DNA of 46,671 nucleotides from Promethearchaeati archaeon. Lineage in GTDB: Archaea; Asgardarchaeota; Heimdallarchaeia; Heimdallarchaeales; Heimdallarchaeaceae. Numbering within the stretch: position 1 is the stretch's first letter; the number at the start of each line of letters is the position of its first letter. The position numbers were made by a program, and so were the translations under genes. The notes under the pieces are model-generated. The model saw only the letters and a program-made list of their open reading frames with translations, made no database searches and was not told where the DNA came from. The stretch is taken from the NCBI GenBank assembly GCA_013166775.1, contig JABLTJ010000028.1:1-46671 (forward strand). The letters run 5' to 3'. Positions 36,701 to 45,270 of this stretch are shown here, piece after piece.

Positions 36701-36823
36701 GTTTCTGACGAATATGACAGGATATCCTTCTCTCCATTACCATATGTTTATCCCCTGATCAGCACAGCTGTACTCGCGGGAGTTACTGTAATTGCAATGA
36801 TAATATCGAGATTAAGAAAATAG
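33737..36823 (+). CDS. Large secreted/surface protein with CARDB/DUF11-like beta-sandwich modules and C-terminal membrane anchor
   Basis: Signal-like N-terminus; three NxG modules (YNVQNMGTAPAYN, LNISNFGTIPATDI, YEIINEGMSPTNV); many sequons; C-terminal TM followed by RLRK. Confidence 0.72.
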   Translation: MSTQKLLPFKNRIAPQYLKTILVLCLFLSSIVLSPLGIISSPEDHESVHSEALEAISKDLIKLPLIKEKMDVLVGKEDSILVSIDLEGGNIEVPFDLSSLIYSSITQIDFIVAEQSSFAEVWTNPLWQFPDGLIVRITARTMNRDVLYTLSAEVNSLIEQLFGVSLNIYDVQKISSTEVLISLMAPLEDFNIISIFQEIFAPYNDSQYGNMVSLIGSLLSQSLPIYAFGYSLKKGPEGISRITRRAIVAIQDSVVRNGELRTFDVSESLGANIEPNPSAIISRFTFNLPFYANITNISLQPDNVAPHLTGSFEWVLKFMLNVRFPAFDCALSYYPFSANDFEFPRVFISNSYSDALLEESGILKMTYNVQNMGTAPAYNTTVVFPIPPELKTLQEDGIVIPVLNDDWQVNESFTSFVELKVQYASWDYTIPILDVQGWYDNTISLSPARWLDNETIELNGYATIYCSNGISLDLYEAVSARIQPILDEIDIIELTTNFTYRTLVLNELALAVDLAVDDAYNTVYGYFYHEKPMFNFSSNDFESIDSYDSSYLVATISDLDVNETCEIFWMIEDIPTSNDKFGAFSFSIETSGSYDYAVFKTTESDYKNLMIALFAVKDSGGRFLSSYDASINAFISTGSIFQYSDSKGIGYYGLTNGLNLQLGDDEAVLESLLYSEESIYRVGDQLSFTLNISNFGTIPATDIHVDIANIRFNYLWQPTDVVFVKSFDIDQINANENLSREFSISANSYIGLNTYVAIISFISDKDQPSTEVENPWTDTIIPWIYGGETINVITSTLSFGILLPPESLENQPRPAFPLPEITINYDYSLSSNNETAYIEYEIINEGMSPTNVSVNQLLDLNEYTLEAVNCTYVHEGVETTLVPITSPSMTLTRVSFANITLYPGDSLVIEEIFTDLPSNFTIPPLIIKYNSIYEIITTDFASIENSEDSSTDSSVLSFLKLSPATVTERDQNLFPWTSYSPIIYIHFPVSDEYDRISFSPLPYVYPLISTAVLAGVTVIAMIISRLRK

Positions 36824-36877
36824 ATTGATTTTACCAAAAGAATTGGTGGATTTTATAGTTTTTTGGAGAGAAAGATA

Positions 36878-37135
36878 TTATCTATGATCGAAATCTTCAG
36901 AAGTAAAATTCCTCAGAAATGTCATTATCTCCTCTTGCATGTTTGAGCTCTGTTTCAAACTCATTGTTTGTGTATAGAACAATGAGAAAACATCTCCTAA
37001 CAAACACTGAGTACAAAGATCAGAAGTAAGTTTATCATCTGGATATCTGCAAGGAAAATTAACTTGTTGGACTTTACCTTCTGGATTTCTACCACTTATT
37101 CCTTGCTTCCATTTGCAAAATCTAGGAGTTGACAT
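36878..37135 (-). CDS. Small four-Cys hypothetical protein
   Basis: AGGTAG SD-like motif before the ATG; occupies the intergenic space without overlap; Cys pattern C-x21-C-x11-CxxC. Confidence 0.65.
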   Translation of the reverse strand: MSTPRFCKWKQGISGRNPEGKVQQVNFPCRYPDDKLTSDLCTQCLLGDVFSLFYTQTMSLKQSSNMQEEIMTFLRNFTSEDFDHR

Positions 37136-37263
37136 AATTATCTACCTTTTGTGCAACTCAAAGTTATCTTTTTTTAAATCTATCCATTAGTTATTCTTTA
37201 AACACAAAGCATAGTATTCTGCAACTTTATTAATGATAATCCCAGATTGAGAATTGAAGCATC

Positions 37264-39801
37264 TTGATGAAATGTCCTGACTGCAATAGAGAATTATCTT
37301 CCAAATCAAAAGGGGATTTCTATGTATTTCATTGCAGTTTTTGTGGATTAAATGAACAAATTTATTCGAAGTCAGAAAAGGAAGCATATAACGATCTAAC
37401 AAAGAAAAAAACTATAAGAAAAGAACATCTAAAGATTGAGGAAGAAGAGAAGCCAATTTTACCAAGAAAAACAAAAGAAGAGAATAGGAAATTAATAGAA
37501 GAAGGGGGTTCGAATCCTGATGAACTCCCTATAGCTGTAAAAAGAGTTATTCACAATCCAGATATTGAGTTAGTTTACTATAAATTTTTGGAACAGAAAT
37601 ATCCTGATTTTGCCAAGAAGAATATTGATCTTCCTCATGCGCTGCAAGAGCATTTGCAAAAAATAGGTCTATCCTCGTTATATGAATTTCAATCACAGTC
37701 ATTCAACAAAATAATGGAAGGAAAGGATACCGTAATAGTGGCACCAACTGGAACTGGAAAAACTGAATCTTTTCTATTTCCTTTGCTAACAAGAATCTGG
37801 AATGAAGCAGCACACCCATTACTACGGAGAGGGTTGTCAGCTCTAATTATTTACCCAACAAAAGCCTTAGCTAGGGATCAACAAAAGAAAATTCGGAAAT
37901 ATGGTGGAGTTCTAGGTATTTCATGCGAAACGTATGATGGTGATACTCCAAAGAAGAAAAGGGAAAAGATTTTGGAGTACCCACCTGATATCCTAATTAC
38001 GAATCCTGATATGATTCATTTCCACTTAAGGGATCCTCATTTCAGAGAGGTTTTGAGAACTATCAAAAGCGTGGTTATAGATGAAATACATGTAGCTATT
38101 GGAGCGTTTGGCTCAAATTTGTTTTTCATTCTTAAACGCTTACAAAGACTAGTTAATCATCAAATACAATTTATTGGCTCATCAGCAACAATAGGCAATG
38201 CAAAGGAATTTGCCTCTATGTTGTTTGACAGAGACGTTGTTGAAATTTCAGTTGAAGAAGCAAGAAAAGCTCCAACCCACCTGTTAATTATTTTACCGTG
38301 GGGAGTTAGCCAATATACTGTTACCACAGATATTGCACGACAACTAGTTTCGACTGGACACAAAACTCTTTGTTTTCAAAATAGTCACAAAAATGCGGAG
38401 ATTATTAACCTATTATTACAAAGAGCTCGGATTAAATCATCAGTTCATAGAGCTGGTTTAACGAAAGAATATAGAAGAAGAGTAGAAACTGATTTTCAAG
38501 AGGGTGTATTGAAAGCATTGGTTTCAACTCCCACATTAGAATTAGGGATAGATATAGGAGATGTAGATGGTGTGGTTTCCTCTATTGTTGATATAACAAG
38601 TTTCATACAAAGACTAGGTCGTGCTGGTAGAAAAGGACAAGAGTCAATTGGTGCTCTTATTCTTAGGAATGATGATCCAATAAGTACATTCTACAGTACT
38701 TTTCCAGAAACCTATTTTGAAGATATAAGAAAAGGTTATGTTGAACCTAAAAATCAACTCGTTTCATTTTATCAATTAATCGCTGCAGCTGTTGAGAAAC
38801 CTATTGAAGAAGAAGAATTCCCTGATCAGAAGAACGTATTGGAAAATCTTGTGAATGAAGAATTACTCAAAAGAACTCAAAAGGGTACTTATCGTATTTT
38901 CTCAAAACCAAAAGCTCTAGGTTTGCTTCGATCATATTCGATACGTGGGATAGGAGATACTATGTTAATTAAAAGCCTAGCAGGTCAAAAATTAGGTGAA
39001 AGATCTATGCCCATGTCTGCAAGGGAGTTACATCCAGGGGCAATATATTTACATGGAGGAAAACATTATCGCTCTACTGAATTCAAATATGATTCAAGAT
39101 TTGGTGGAGGAGAAATAGTTGTTAAGGAAGTTAAACCTCAGAACATAAAAACAACCGCAGCAAGATTTGCTATACCTACGATTCTACGCATGAATGAAAG
39201 CAAATCAGTGTTAGGGACTGAAGCTATCTACTGTGATCTCAAAATACAAGAAAATGTTGTAGGATATCGTATCTCCGAAATCTATTCCAACAAAACCCTG
39301 GAAGAGAAAATGCTTGAAGAACCTATAGTTTACTCGTTCAATACAAAGGGTTTTCTCTTTATGATGCCGAAACCAACAAAGCTCCCATTAGATTTTGTAG
39401 ATATATCAGAGAAACTTCTTTTTAGTGGAACTTTTCATGCTGTTGAACATGTTCTGATTGAATCAAGCTCGATGTTAACAGGTAGTGGAAGCGCAGAAAT
39501 TGGAGGTATCTCTATGGGTGAATCTGGAGCTATCTTTGTATATGATGCAGCCAAGGGGGGTAGTGGATTATCAAAACTTCTTTATGATAGACTCGAAGAA
39601 GGTTTCAAACGCTCAATAAAGATATTACAAAATTGTGAATGTACAAGTACAGATGGTTGTCCTCGGTGCACATACTCCTATCAATGTGGAAATAACAATC
39701 AACCCCTGAATAAAATAGGAGCGATTGAATCACTTGAAATTCTAAAAGATGTCAAACTAAAGGTAATAGATGATTTCGAACCATATCAAGCGTTTGTTTA
39801 G
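37264..39801 (+). CDS. SF2 DEAD/DEAH-box helicase with C-terminal DUF1998 (Hrq1/MrfA/SftH-like) and N-terminal zinc ribbon
   Basis: APTGTGKT, IYPTKALARDQ, YDGDTP, TNPDM, DEIH, SATIGN, LELGIDIG, QRLGRAGR, YDAAKGGSG, CEC..GCPRC..CGNNN; N-terminal CPDC..CSFC. The likely start is ATG 37267. Confidence 0.92.
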   Translation: MMKCPDCNRELSSKSKGDFYVFHCSFCGLNEQIYSKSEKEAYNDLTKKKTIRKEHLKIEEEEKPILPRKTKEENRKLIEEGGSNPDELPIAVKRVIHNPDIELVYYKFLEQKYPDFAKKNIDLPHALQEHLQKIGLSSLYEFQSQSFNKIMEGKDTVIVAPTGTGKTESFLFPLLTRIWNEAAHPLLRRGLSALIIYPTKALARDQQKKIRKYGGVLGISCETYDGDTPKKKREKILEYPPDILITNPDMIHFHLRDPHFREVLRTIKSVVIDEIHVAIGAFGSNLFFILKRLQRLVNHQIQFIGSSATIGNAKEFASMLFDRDVVEISVEEARKAPTHLLIILPWGVSQYTVTTDIARQLVSTGHKTLCFQNSHKNAEIINLLLQRARIKSSVHRAGLTKEYRRRVETDFQEGVLKALVSTPTLELGIDIGDVDGVVSSIVDITSFIQRLGRAGRKGQESIGALILRNDDPISTFYSTFPETYFEDIRKGYVEPKNQLVSFYQLIAAAVEKPIEEEEFPDQKNVLENLVNEELLKRTQKGTYRIFSKPKALGLLRSYSIRGIGDTMLIKSLAGQKLGERSMPMSARELHPGAIYLHGGKHYRSTEFKYDSRFGGGEIVVKEVKPQNIKTTAARFAIPTILRMNESKSVLGTEAIYCDLKIQENVVGYRISEIYSNKTLEEKMLEEPIVYSFNTKGFLFMMPKPTKLPLDFVDISEKLLFSGTFHAVEHVLIESSSMLTGSGSAEIGGISMGESGAIFVYDAAKGGSGLSKLLYDRLEEGFKRSIKILQNCECTSTDGCPRCTYSYQCGNNNQPLNKIGAIESLEILKDVKLKVIDDFEPYQAFV

Positions 39802-39931
39802 AATCTGTTTTCTAGTCTATTTTTTTGTAATAAGCAGAATGAAGGAAAAAAAAGTGTAATACCAGAGTTAAGTCTACAATCATATCCCTATCTCATGTGT
39901 CTTTTTGATATAATTTTAGAGCTTATAGTTA

Positions 39932-40342
39932 ATGGCATCTACTGAGTATGATCCTGAAGAATTCATTGACATAGCTTTGAACAGTGTCTTTCCTTCGACA
40001 GAAGAGATTGATTCGGATATATTGAAAGAGATAACTGTTTTTCTCGAAGAAAATGAAAACAAAGTACCTTTAGAAGATGCTGAAATGGTCAGAGGAGAGA
40101 TTAGGAAAGCATTAATTCACTTTAAGAATCGTCCATATTTATTTAAAACTCGTAAAAAAATGGAAGACCTTCTAAAAATAGATGGTAATTGGAAGAGATT
40201 TATTGTTGCTCCACACGATTTGATAAAAGAACTGAAAGAAGCTGGATTGAATAAAGAGGAAATTGATTTACTGAAAGAGTCTCTTCAGTGTGCTGAAAAT
40301 TCATATGATTTGATAAAATCAATTCCTACTCCAAAAAATTGA
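39932..40342 (+). CDS. Hypothetical charged helical protein
   Basis: 136-aa ORF with normal composition that fills the gap; no recognisable motif. Confidence 0.65.
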   Translation: MASTEYDPEEFIDIALNSVFPSTEEIDSDILKEITVFLEENENKVPLEDAEMVRGEIRKALIHFKNRPYLFKTRKKMEDLLKIDGNWKRFIVAPHDLIKELKEAGLNKEEIDLLKESLQCAENSYDLIKSIPTPKN

Positions 40343-40452
40343 TTTAAAAACAGAAATAATTTCTATATCTAGGGAATAAGAAATTTAAATACACTATTTT
40401 ACATAAAATAGAATAAGTATAATTAATTAATGTAAAACTAAACAAGGATGTA

Positions 40453-42045
40453 ATGAAATTGCCTCTTGAATTAAGAAATAAAGTTCAAAAATTCTCAATA
40501 AAAAATATATCAAGAGAAAAACTGAATTCGTTTCTTCTTGTAGTGGCAATCTCAATCGTTATTTTTATCTTATCCCTCTATTTTAAGAACCTTGTATCTG
40601 AATGGTATTGGCGAAATCACGGTACTGGTTTTTACTGGACACGATATGATGGATCTACGATAATATCTACTTGGTATATTGAAGCATACTCTGACGCATC
40701 TTATTATTATGAACCTTACTTAAACAGCTTTAGATATGATAATTGGAATCCATATGCTGGTGGAGAAGGACCACTAAACGGGTATGCTTATGGTCCCATG
40801 TTCATTTATGGACTTTATTTCATTTCTGTTTTTATGGGGTTATTTAATCCTGGTATGGATAAAGATTTAATAACATCTGAATCTGTCAAATGGACACACA
40901 TCACTTTTGATGCTCTTTCAGTTGTTATGCTCTACATTATCATTATTTCATTAAAATCATTTAGAGATCAGAAGAAGAAAAAGCATTTTCTTGGAGTTCT
41001 GGGTAGTTTGGTTTTCCTATTTATGCCTCTCAACTTACTTTATGTTGATAGTATTTTTCTAAATACTCCCCAAATGACTTTCTTTACACTACTGAGTTTC
41101 TTGTTTTTTTTACAAGAGAAGTATAGATCATCTGCTTTCATCCTTTCTGTAGCATGGTTGTCTAAACAAATGCCCCTTTTCCTAGTAATTCCTTGGTTTT
41201 TCATAATTTGGAAAAAAAGAAGTTTGAAAGAAGCACTGGTTGATTTTATTGTGATTTTTATTGTATCCACTTTAATTCTTTCTATACCATGGCTATTTCT
41301 TTCACCAAAAGATTATGTTTGGAGGGTTTTTGGACCAGGAAAGCCATTATCGACAGTTGATTTTGAACACTTATCCAATACAGTCTCTTTAGCTCATAGC
41401 TTCTTATTTTTCGGTAGTGAAAGTTTTGCTAATTTCTATTCCATCATAAATAAATACATGATTCCTTTTATCGTTTTTTACATTTTAGTAGTGCTTTTCG
41501 CCTATTTTAATGGGAAAAAGATAGGAAATGATGAAAATCAATTTACTATTTTTACAACATGGATAATAATAAACACACATCTATTTATCTCGAGGGGAGT
41601 TTACAAATATTATAACGCATTTATCACTCCCTTTGTCGTTATTTCTTTTCTTGTTTTTTCAGATCAACAAGCATCGAATGTGATGAAAAAAATTGAGTCA
41701 CGAGATGTATTAAGGAGGGAAGAGATAGAAGAAAGGACATATCAAAGATTTTCTCTGATAAATCAATGTCTCTTATTTCTTCTTTTCTTTGTTTCCCTAA
41801 GCTCTTTATTCTATTACTATAATCTGGTTCTAATAACTAAATCTAGATTTTTGCATCCTTTCTTGCTCTTAATTTTGTTTCTAGTGATTAGTATTCTCCT
41901 CTCTCAAGATATCTACAGAAGTCTCTTAAAAAAGGAAAATTACAAAATGATTATTAAAGATCTGAAAGACATATTTCAAAATATAGTAAAATATTTCAAA
42001 AAGGTAAAAGATTCTTTCATAGCAAGATTTCGAAAAGAATCCTAG
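40453..42045 (+). CDS. GT-C-fold integral membrane glycosyltransferase (GT87/PIG-M-like)
   Basis: First external loop with YSDASYYY and YAYGPMF, later LSKQMPLFLVIP (K-x-x-P motif), and 10 or more TMs. Confidence 0.68.
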   Translation: MKLPLELRNKVQKFSIKNISREKLNSFLLVVAISIVIFILSLYFKNLVSEWYWRNHGTGFYWTRYDGSTIISTWYIEAYSDASYYYEPYLNSFRYDNWNPYAGGEGPLNGYAYGPMFIYGLYFISVFMGLFNPGMDKDLITSESVKWTHITFDALSVVMLYIIIISLKSFRDQKKKKHFLGVLGSLVFLFMPLNLLYVDSIFLNTPQMTFFTLLSFLFFLQEKYRSSAFILSVAWLSKQMPLFLVIPWFFIIWKKRSLKEALVDFIVIFIVSTLILSIPWLFLSPKDYVWRVFGPGKPLSTVDFEHLSNTVSLAHSFLFFGSESFANFYSIINKYMIPFIVFYILVVLFAYFNGKKIGNDENQFTIFTTWIIINTHLFISRGVYKYYNAFITPFVVISFLVFSDQQASNVMKKIESRDVLRREEIEERTYQRFSLINQCLLFLLFFVSLSSLFYYYNLVLITKSRFLHPFLLLILFLVISILLSQDIYRSLLKKENYKMIIKDLKDIFQNIVKYFKKVKDSFIARFRKES

Positions 42046-42188
42046 TTCTACATGTAATTATACAACCAAATCATGAATTTCCACATTAAATTTGTCGTTA
42101 TCTGGATTGAAACTAGAAAAACACTCAAAAGTTATAAGCAAAATATATAATATAATTAAGAGAAACAAACAATAAGCGAGTGTCATAA

Positions 42189-42761
42189 ATGCCAATAAGT
42201 ATTATTAAATCTAGGAGAGGAGTATCAGAAGTCTTAGCTACTGTTATTATTATAGTGTTAGTAGTAGCTGCAGCATCGATTACAGCGGTTATTTTGGTGA
42301 ATGTAGATGTTGTTACTCTACCTGGAAGCACAGGAACAACTACTACATCAAAAAATGTTACTCTTACCATTTACATTGAAAGTTATAATGACACTGATTT
42401 TGATAACCTGTACGACACAATGGTAATTTATCTCTCATCTGATGTTGATTCACCAAATATCTTTGTCAGAGACATAGATTTGCTCCTACCTACTGGGCAA
42501 ACTATTGATGATTTGGTACCGTGGGTAATTTCGGATACCTCACAAGGATGGAATAGTGAATATGGTGGCTATAATGTTCCTCTTGGGATAATTAATGCTA
42601 CCTTTGTTTTAAATATCAATAGTTTATCAATAAATCAAGGAGAAATAGATAAAGGAGAATCTTTTTACATTGTTGTTTACTATACATATGTTACTGAAGT
42701 TGGTCCTAGGTTTGAAACTGTAACTGATTTTCGTCAAAGTAAACTAATCACTTTGTTATAA
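42189..42761 (+). CDS. Archaeal type IV pilin-like protein (class III signal peptide)
   Basis: KSRRG|VSEVLATVIIIVLVVAAASI: basic leader, Gly at -1, hydrophobic N-terminal helix, beta-rich globular domain with sequons. Confidence 0.85.
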   Translation: MPISIIKSRRGVSEVLATVIIIVLVVAAASITAVILVNVDVVTLPGSTGTTTTSKNVTLTIYIESYNDTDFDNLYDTMVIYLSSDVDSPNIFVRDIDLLLPTGQTIDDLVPWVISDTSQGWNSEYGGYNVPLGIINATFVLNINSLSINQGEIDKGESFYIVVYYTYVTEVGPRFETVTDFRQSKLITLL

Positions 42762-42841
42762 TTATATTACTAGCTGTTAACTATTATTTAATATGTTGTC
42801 AATTTATATAATTTGAATCTATACCTGTTGAAGGTGTTAAA

Positions 42842-44164
42842 ATGAAATCCTATATGGAGATTCTAAAAAAACTTGTTTCATATCAAACAACTAACAATCC
42901 TATGGAACAAATAATTCCTGATCCCGATATTTTAGGATACATAAAAGAAGAGCTGTTCTCTCATCTTGGATATGAGACCATTCTATATGAACGCAACGGA
43001 TATTGGTCCCTTGTTGCATATCTGAAAAGAAAGAAACCTAATGCTCTATTCATAGGACATTGTGATGTAGTTCCCCCTGGTCCCGAATGGGTGACAGATC
43101 CTTTTGAATTAACTATTAAGGAAGATAAGGCATATGGGAGAGGGGCAGCAGATATGAAAGGTTCAGTTGCAGTGATGCTAGATTTGGCAGAAGATTTTCT
43201 AACAAAAACTGAATGCTCAATAATTATTGCAATTAATCTAGATGAAGAATCGGGAGGGAATGATGGTGCAGGTCAATTAATGCCGATTCTTGAAGACTTG
43301 GATTTAGTACCTACTTTTGTGATTAATGGAGATGCGAATGGGTTGCAGATAGTCAATAGAAGAAGAAATCCCTTTGCTATAGTGTTGAGTGTACCAAAAT
43401 CAAAAATCAGAATAAAAGGTAAGAGGGAATCAAGAACTTTCAAGACAGAAATAGCAGGAAACAGAACCATGCATGCAGCATATTTTATGAGAGATGTTGA
43501 TATACATTGTGCAGATAAAGCTTCTTCGTATCTCAAGAAAGGACAATGTAAAGCCTGTAATATGAGTGGTACTTTTGTTAAGAATAATGTTCTCCCTTCA
43601 GAAATTACTATTGAATGCATTATCCCAGATGAGGAGAATGGAAAAATTCTGGATTATGATGAAAATCTGACAAATTTTCTTTATTCAGTAACTGAATTCA
43701 ACAACATAGATGTTCCATCCAATCCAAGTGATTATGGTATTAATCTTACTTTCAATTACTACAAAGAGGAAAGTGAAAACCACTTGTTTCAAATGGATCT
43801 TAGAATAATGAGTAAATCACATGAAGATGTAAGAACATATTTTGAAAAGTTTGTTAGGAAATTTTCTATCCCTGGAAATATAGATGTTAGAGGGAGTATT
43901 GGGCCTGTGAATACACCTGAAGATTCTCTCTTAATAACTAAAGCTGTGGAAATCGCAAAGAATCTACATCTTTCAGAAAATCCTATTGAAATGGGAGGCG
44001 CAACAGATTCTAGATTTTTCAGTGCTCTACAAATACCTGCAATTGAATTTGGTCCTCTTGGAGGTAATGTGCATGGTAGCAATGAGTATGTGGAAATAGG
44101 TTCTTTAGAAATAGTTAGGAATTTTTACCTAAAACTTGTTCAAAATTTAGAAAGAAATGATTAG
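42842..44164 (+). CDS. M20 family metallo-hydrolase (ArgE/DapE-like)
   Basis: GHCDVVPPG, YGRGAADMKG, DEESGG, GGATDSRFF, FGP..NVHGSNEYV. Confidence 0.9.
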   Translation: MKSYMEILKKLVSYQTTNNPMEQIIPDPDILGYIKEELFSHLGYETILYERNGYWSLVAYLKRKKPNALFIGHCDVVPPGPEWVTDPFELTIKEDKAYGRGAADMKGSVAVMLDLAEDFLTKTECSIIIAINLDEESGGNDGAGQLMPILEDLDLVPTFVINGDANGLQIVNRRRNPFAIVLSVPKSKIRIKGKRESRTFKTEIAGNRTMHAAYFMRDVDIHCADKASSYLKKGQCKACNMSGTFVKNNVLPSEITIECIIPDEENGKILDYDENLTNFLYSVTEFNNIDVPSNPSDYGINLTFNYYKEESENHLFQMDLRIMSKSHEDVRTYFEKFVRKFSIPGNIDVRGSIGPVNTPEDSLLITKAVEIAKNLHLSENPIEMGGATDSRFFSALQIPAIEFGPLGGNVHGSNEYVEIGSLEIVRNFYLKLVQNLERND

Positions 44165-44261
44165 GACAAAAGGGAATCTAGATATTTTAGAAAAAGGAAA
44201 CTAGTAAACAGTGCAAAAGAATTAAAACTAAGTATAGAAAATTAAGTTAGGGAAAGATAGA

Positions 44262-44993
44262 ATGTCAATTGAACCTAAAAGAGCTTATAAGATAGTCCTT
44301 ATCGGAGATCCAGAAGTTGGTAAAACATCAATTAGAAGAAAATACATGGGTAAATCTTTCAGAGCTGATTACTTGAAAACTCTGGGAGCAGATTTCGCTG
44401 CAACTAAAGTAAATATTGAAGGGGATACTGTTCTTCTTACAATTTGGGATCTAGCTGGACAATCCATTTTTCATGGTATGCGTTCATCGTTTTATCATGG
44501 ATGTAAATGTGCATTAGTTGTGTGTGATGTTACAAATCCACAATCTCTGGAGAATAGTTTCCAATGGGTAGAGGAAGCTACAAATTACGCAAAAAGTTCG
44601 TTGCAAGACATATATCTGATTGGGAATAAAATAGATTTGTCTGATGACCGTCTAGTTCAAAATAATCAAATGGAGGAAGCAGCAGAAAAATTCAGAGAAA
44701 CCTTTAATTTCTCGGTGAAAGTTTATGAGACTTCGGCTCTAACAGGAGCGAACATAAATGAATTGTTTGAGTATATGAGCAGGAGGTTGATTGTAGGTGA
44801 TGTTTCAGCAGAAGAAAAAGTTGAACCGACTACAACTAAAAGTGATAGTCCCGAAGAAATAGTAATCGAAGAAACTAGTAAGACAGATGATCTATCAAAA
44901 ATACTTAGTCTGGTAGAAGACTTAGATAATCGGGTTAACAACATTCAACAGACTATTGAAGAAGTAAAGAAGCTTATAAGCAACATAAAATGA
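44262..44993 (+). CDS. Rab-like small GTPase (Ras superfamily) with C-terminal coiled coil
   Basis: G1 GDPEVGKT, G2 YLKTLGADF, G3 WDLAGQ, G4 NKID, G5 TSAL; acidic linker, then a heptad-repeat helix. Confidence 0.92.
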   Translation: MSIEPKRAYKIVLIGDPEVGKTSIRRKYMGKSFRADYLKTLGADFAATKVNIEGDTVLLTIWDLAGQSIFHGMRSSFYHGCKCALVVCDVTNPQSLENSFQWVEEATNYAKSSLQDIYLIGNKIDLSDDRLVQNNQMEEAAEKFRETFNFSVKVYETSALTGANINELFEYMSRRLIVGDVSAEEKVEPTTTKSDSPEEIVIEETSKTDDLSKILSLVEDLDNRVNNIQQTIEEVKKLISNIK

Positions 44994-45179
44994 AGTTAAT
45001 GTGCTTGTGTACAAAACTTGATTTTTATGATACAAAAGAATTTTACAAAATAATCATATTTAGTATCGAATTTCTTTTGATAATGAACATATTAAATCAA
45101 ATGAATAAAAGTTTCCAAAAAAAAACACTTCTTTACTTAGAATGCAATGAAATAGCTTGAGAATACAATTTTACTAAAG

Positions 45180-45255
45180 AAGATGCTTGCATCTTGGCAT
45201 AATGTTTTTATATTGCATTTACTTTTAGAAATTGCTTTACATTAATATATGTAAA
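45180..45255 (+). promoter_or_regulatory. Promoter region: TATA-like TTTTTATAT (45205-45213) flanked by two inverted repeats
   Basis: AAGATGC-tt-GCATCTT at 45180-45195 and TTTACAT-n6-ATGTAAA at 45236-45255, followed by an AGGTGA SD and the ATG at 45271. Confidence 0.5.
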
Positions 45256-45270
45256 CAAAGGTGAAAAAAA

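Noticed and set aside
37264-39801. DUF1998 helicase as part of a DISARM or Druantia defence system
   Set aside because: Helicase and DUF1998 are fused as in Hrq1/MrfA repair helicases, and no methylase, nuclease or other defence genes are adjacent.
42125-42370. 81-aa minus-strand ORF, and similar short shadows such as 37187-37402, 43273-43620, 43789-44082 and 44723-44944
   Set aside because: They overlap better-supported genes on the opposite strand and have no independent evidence.
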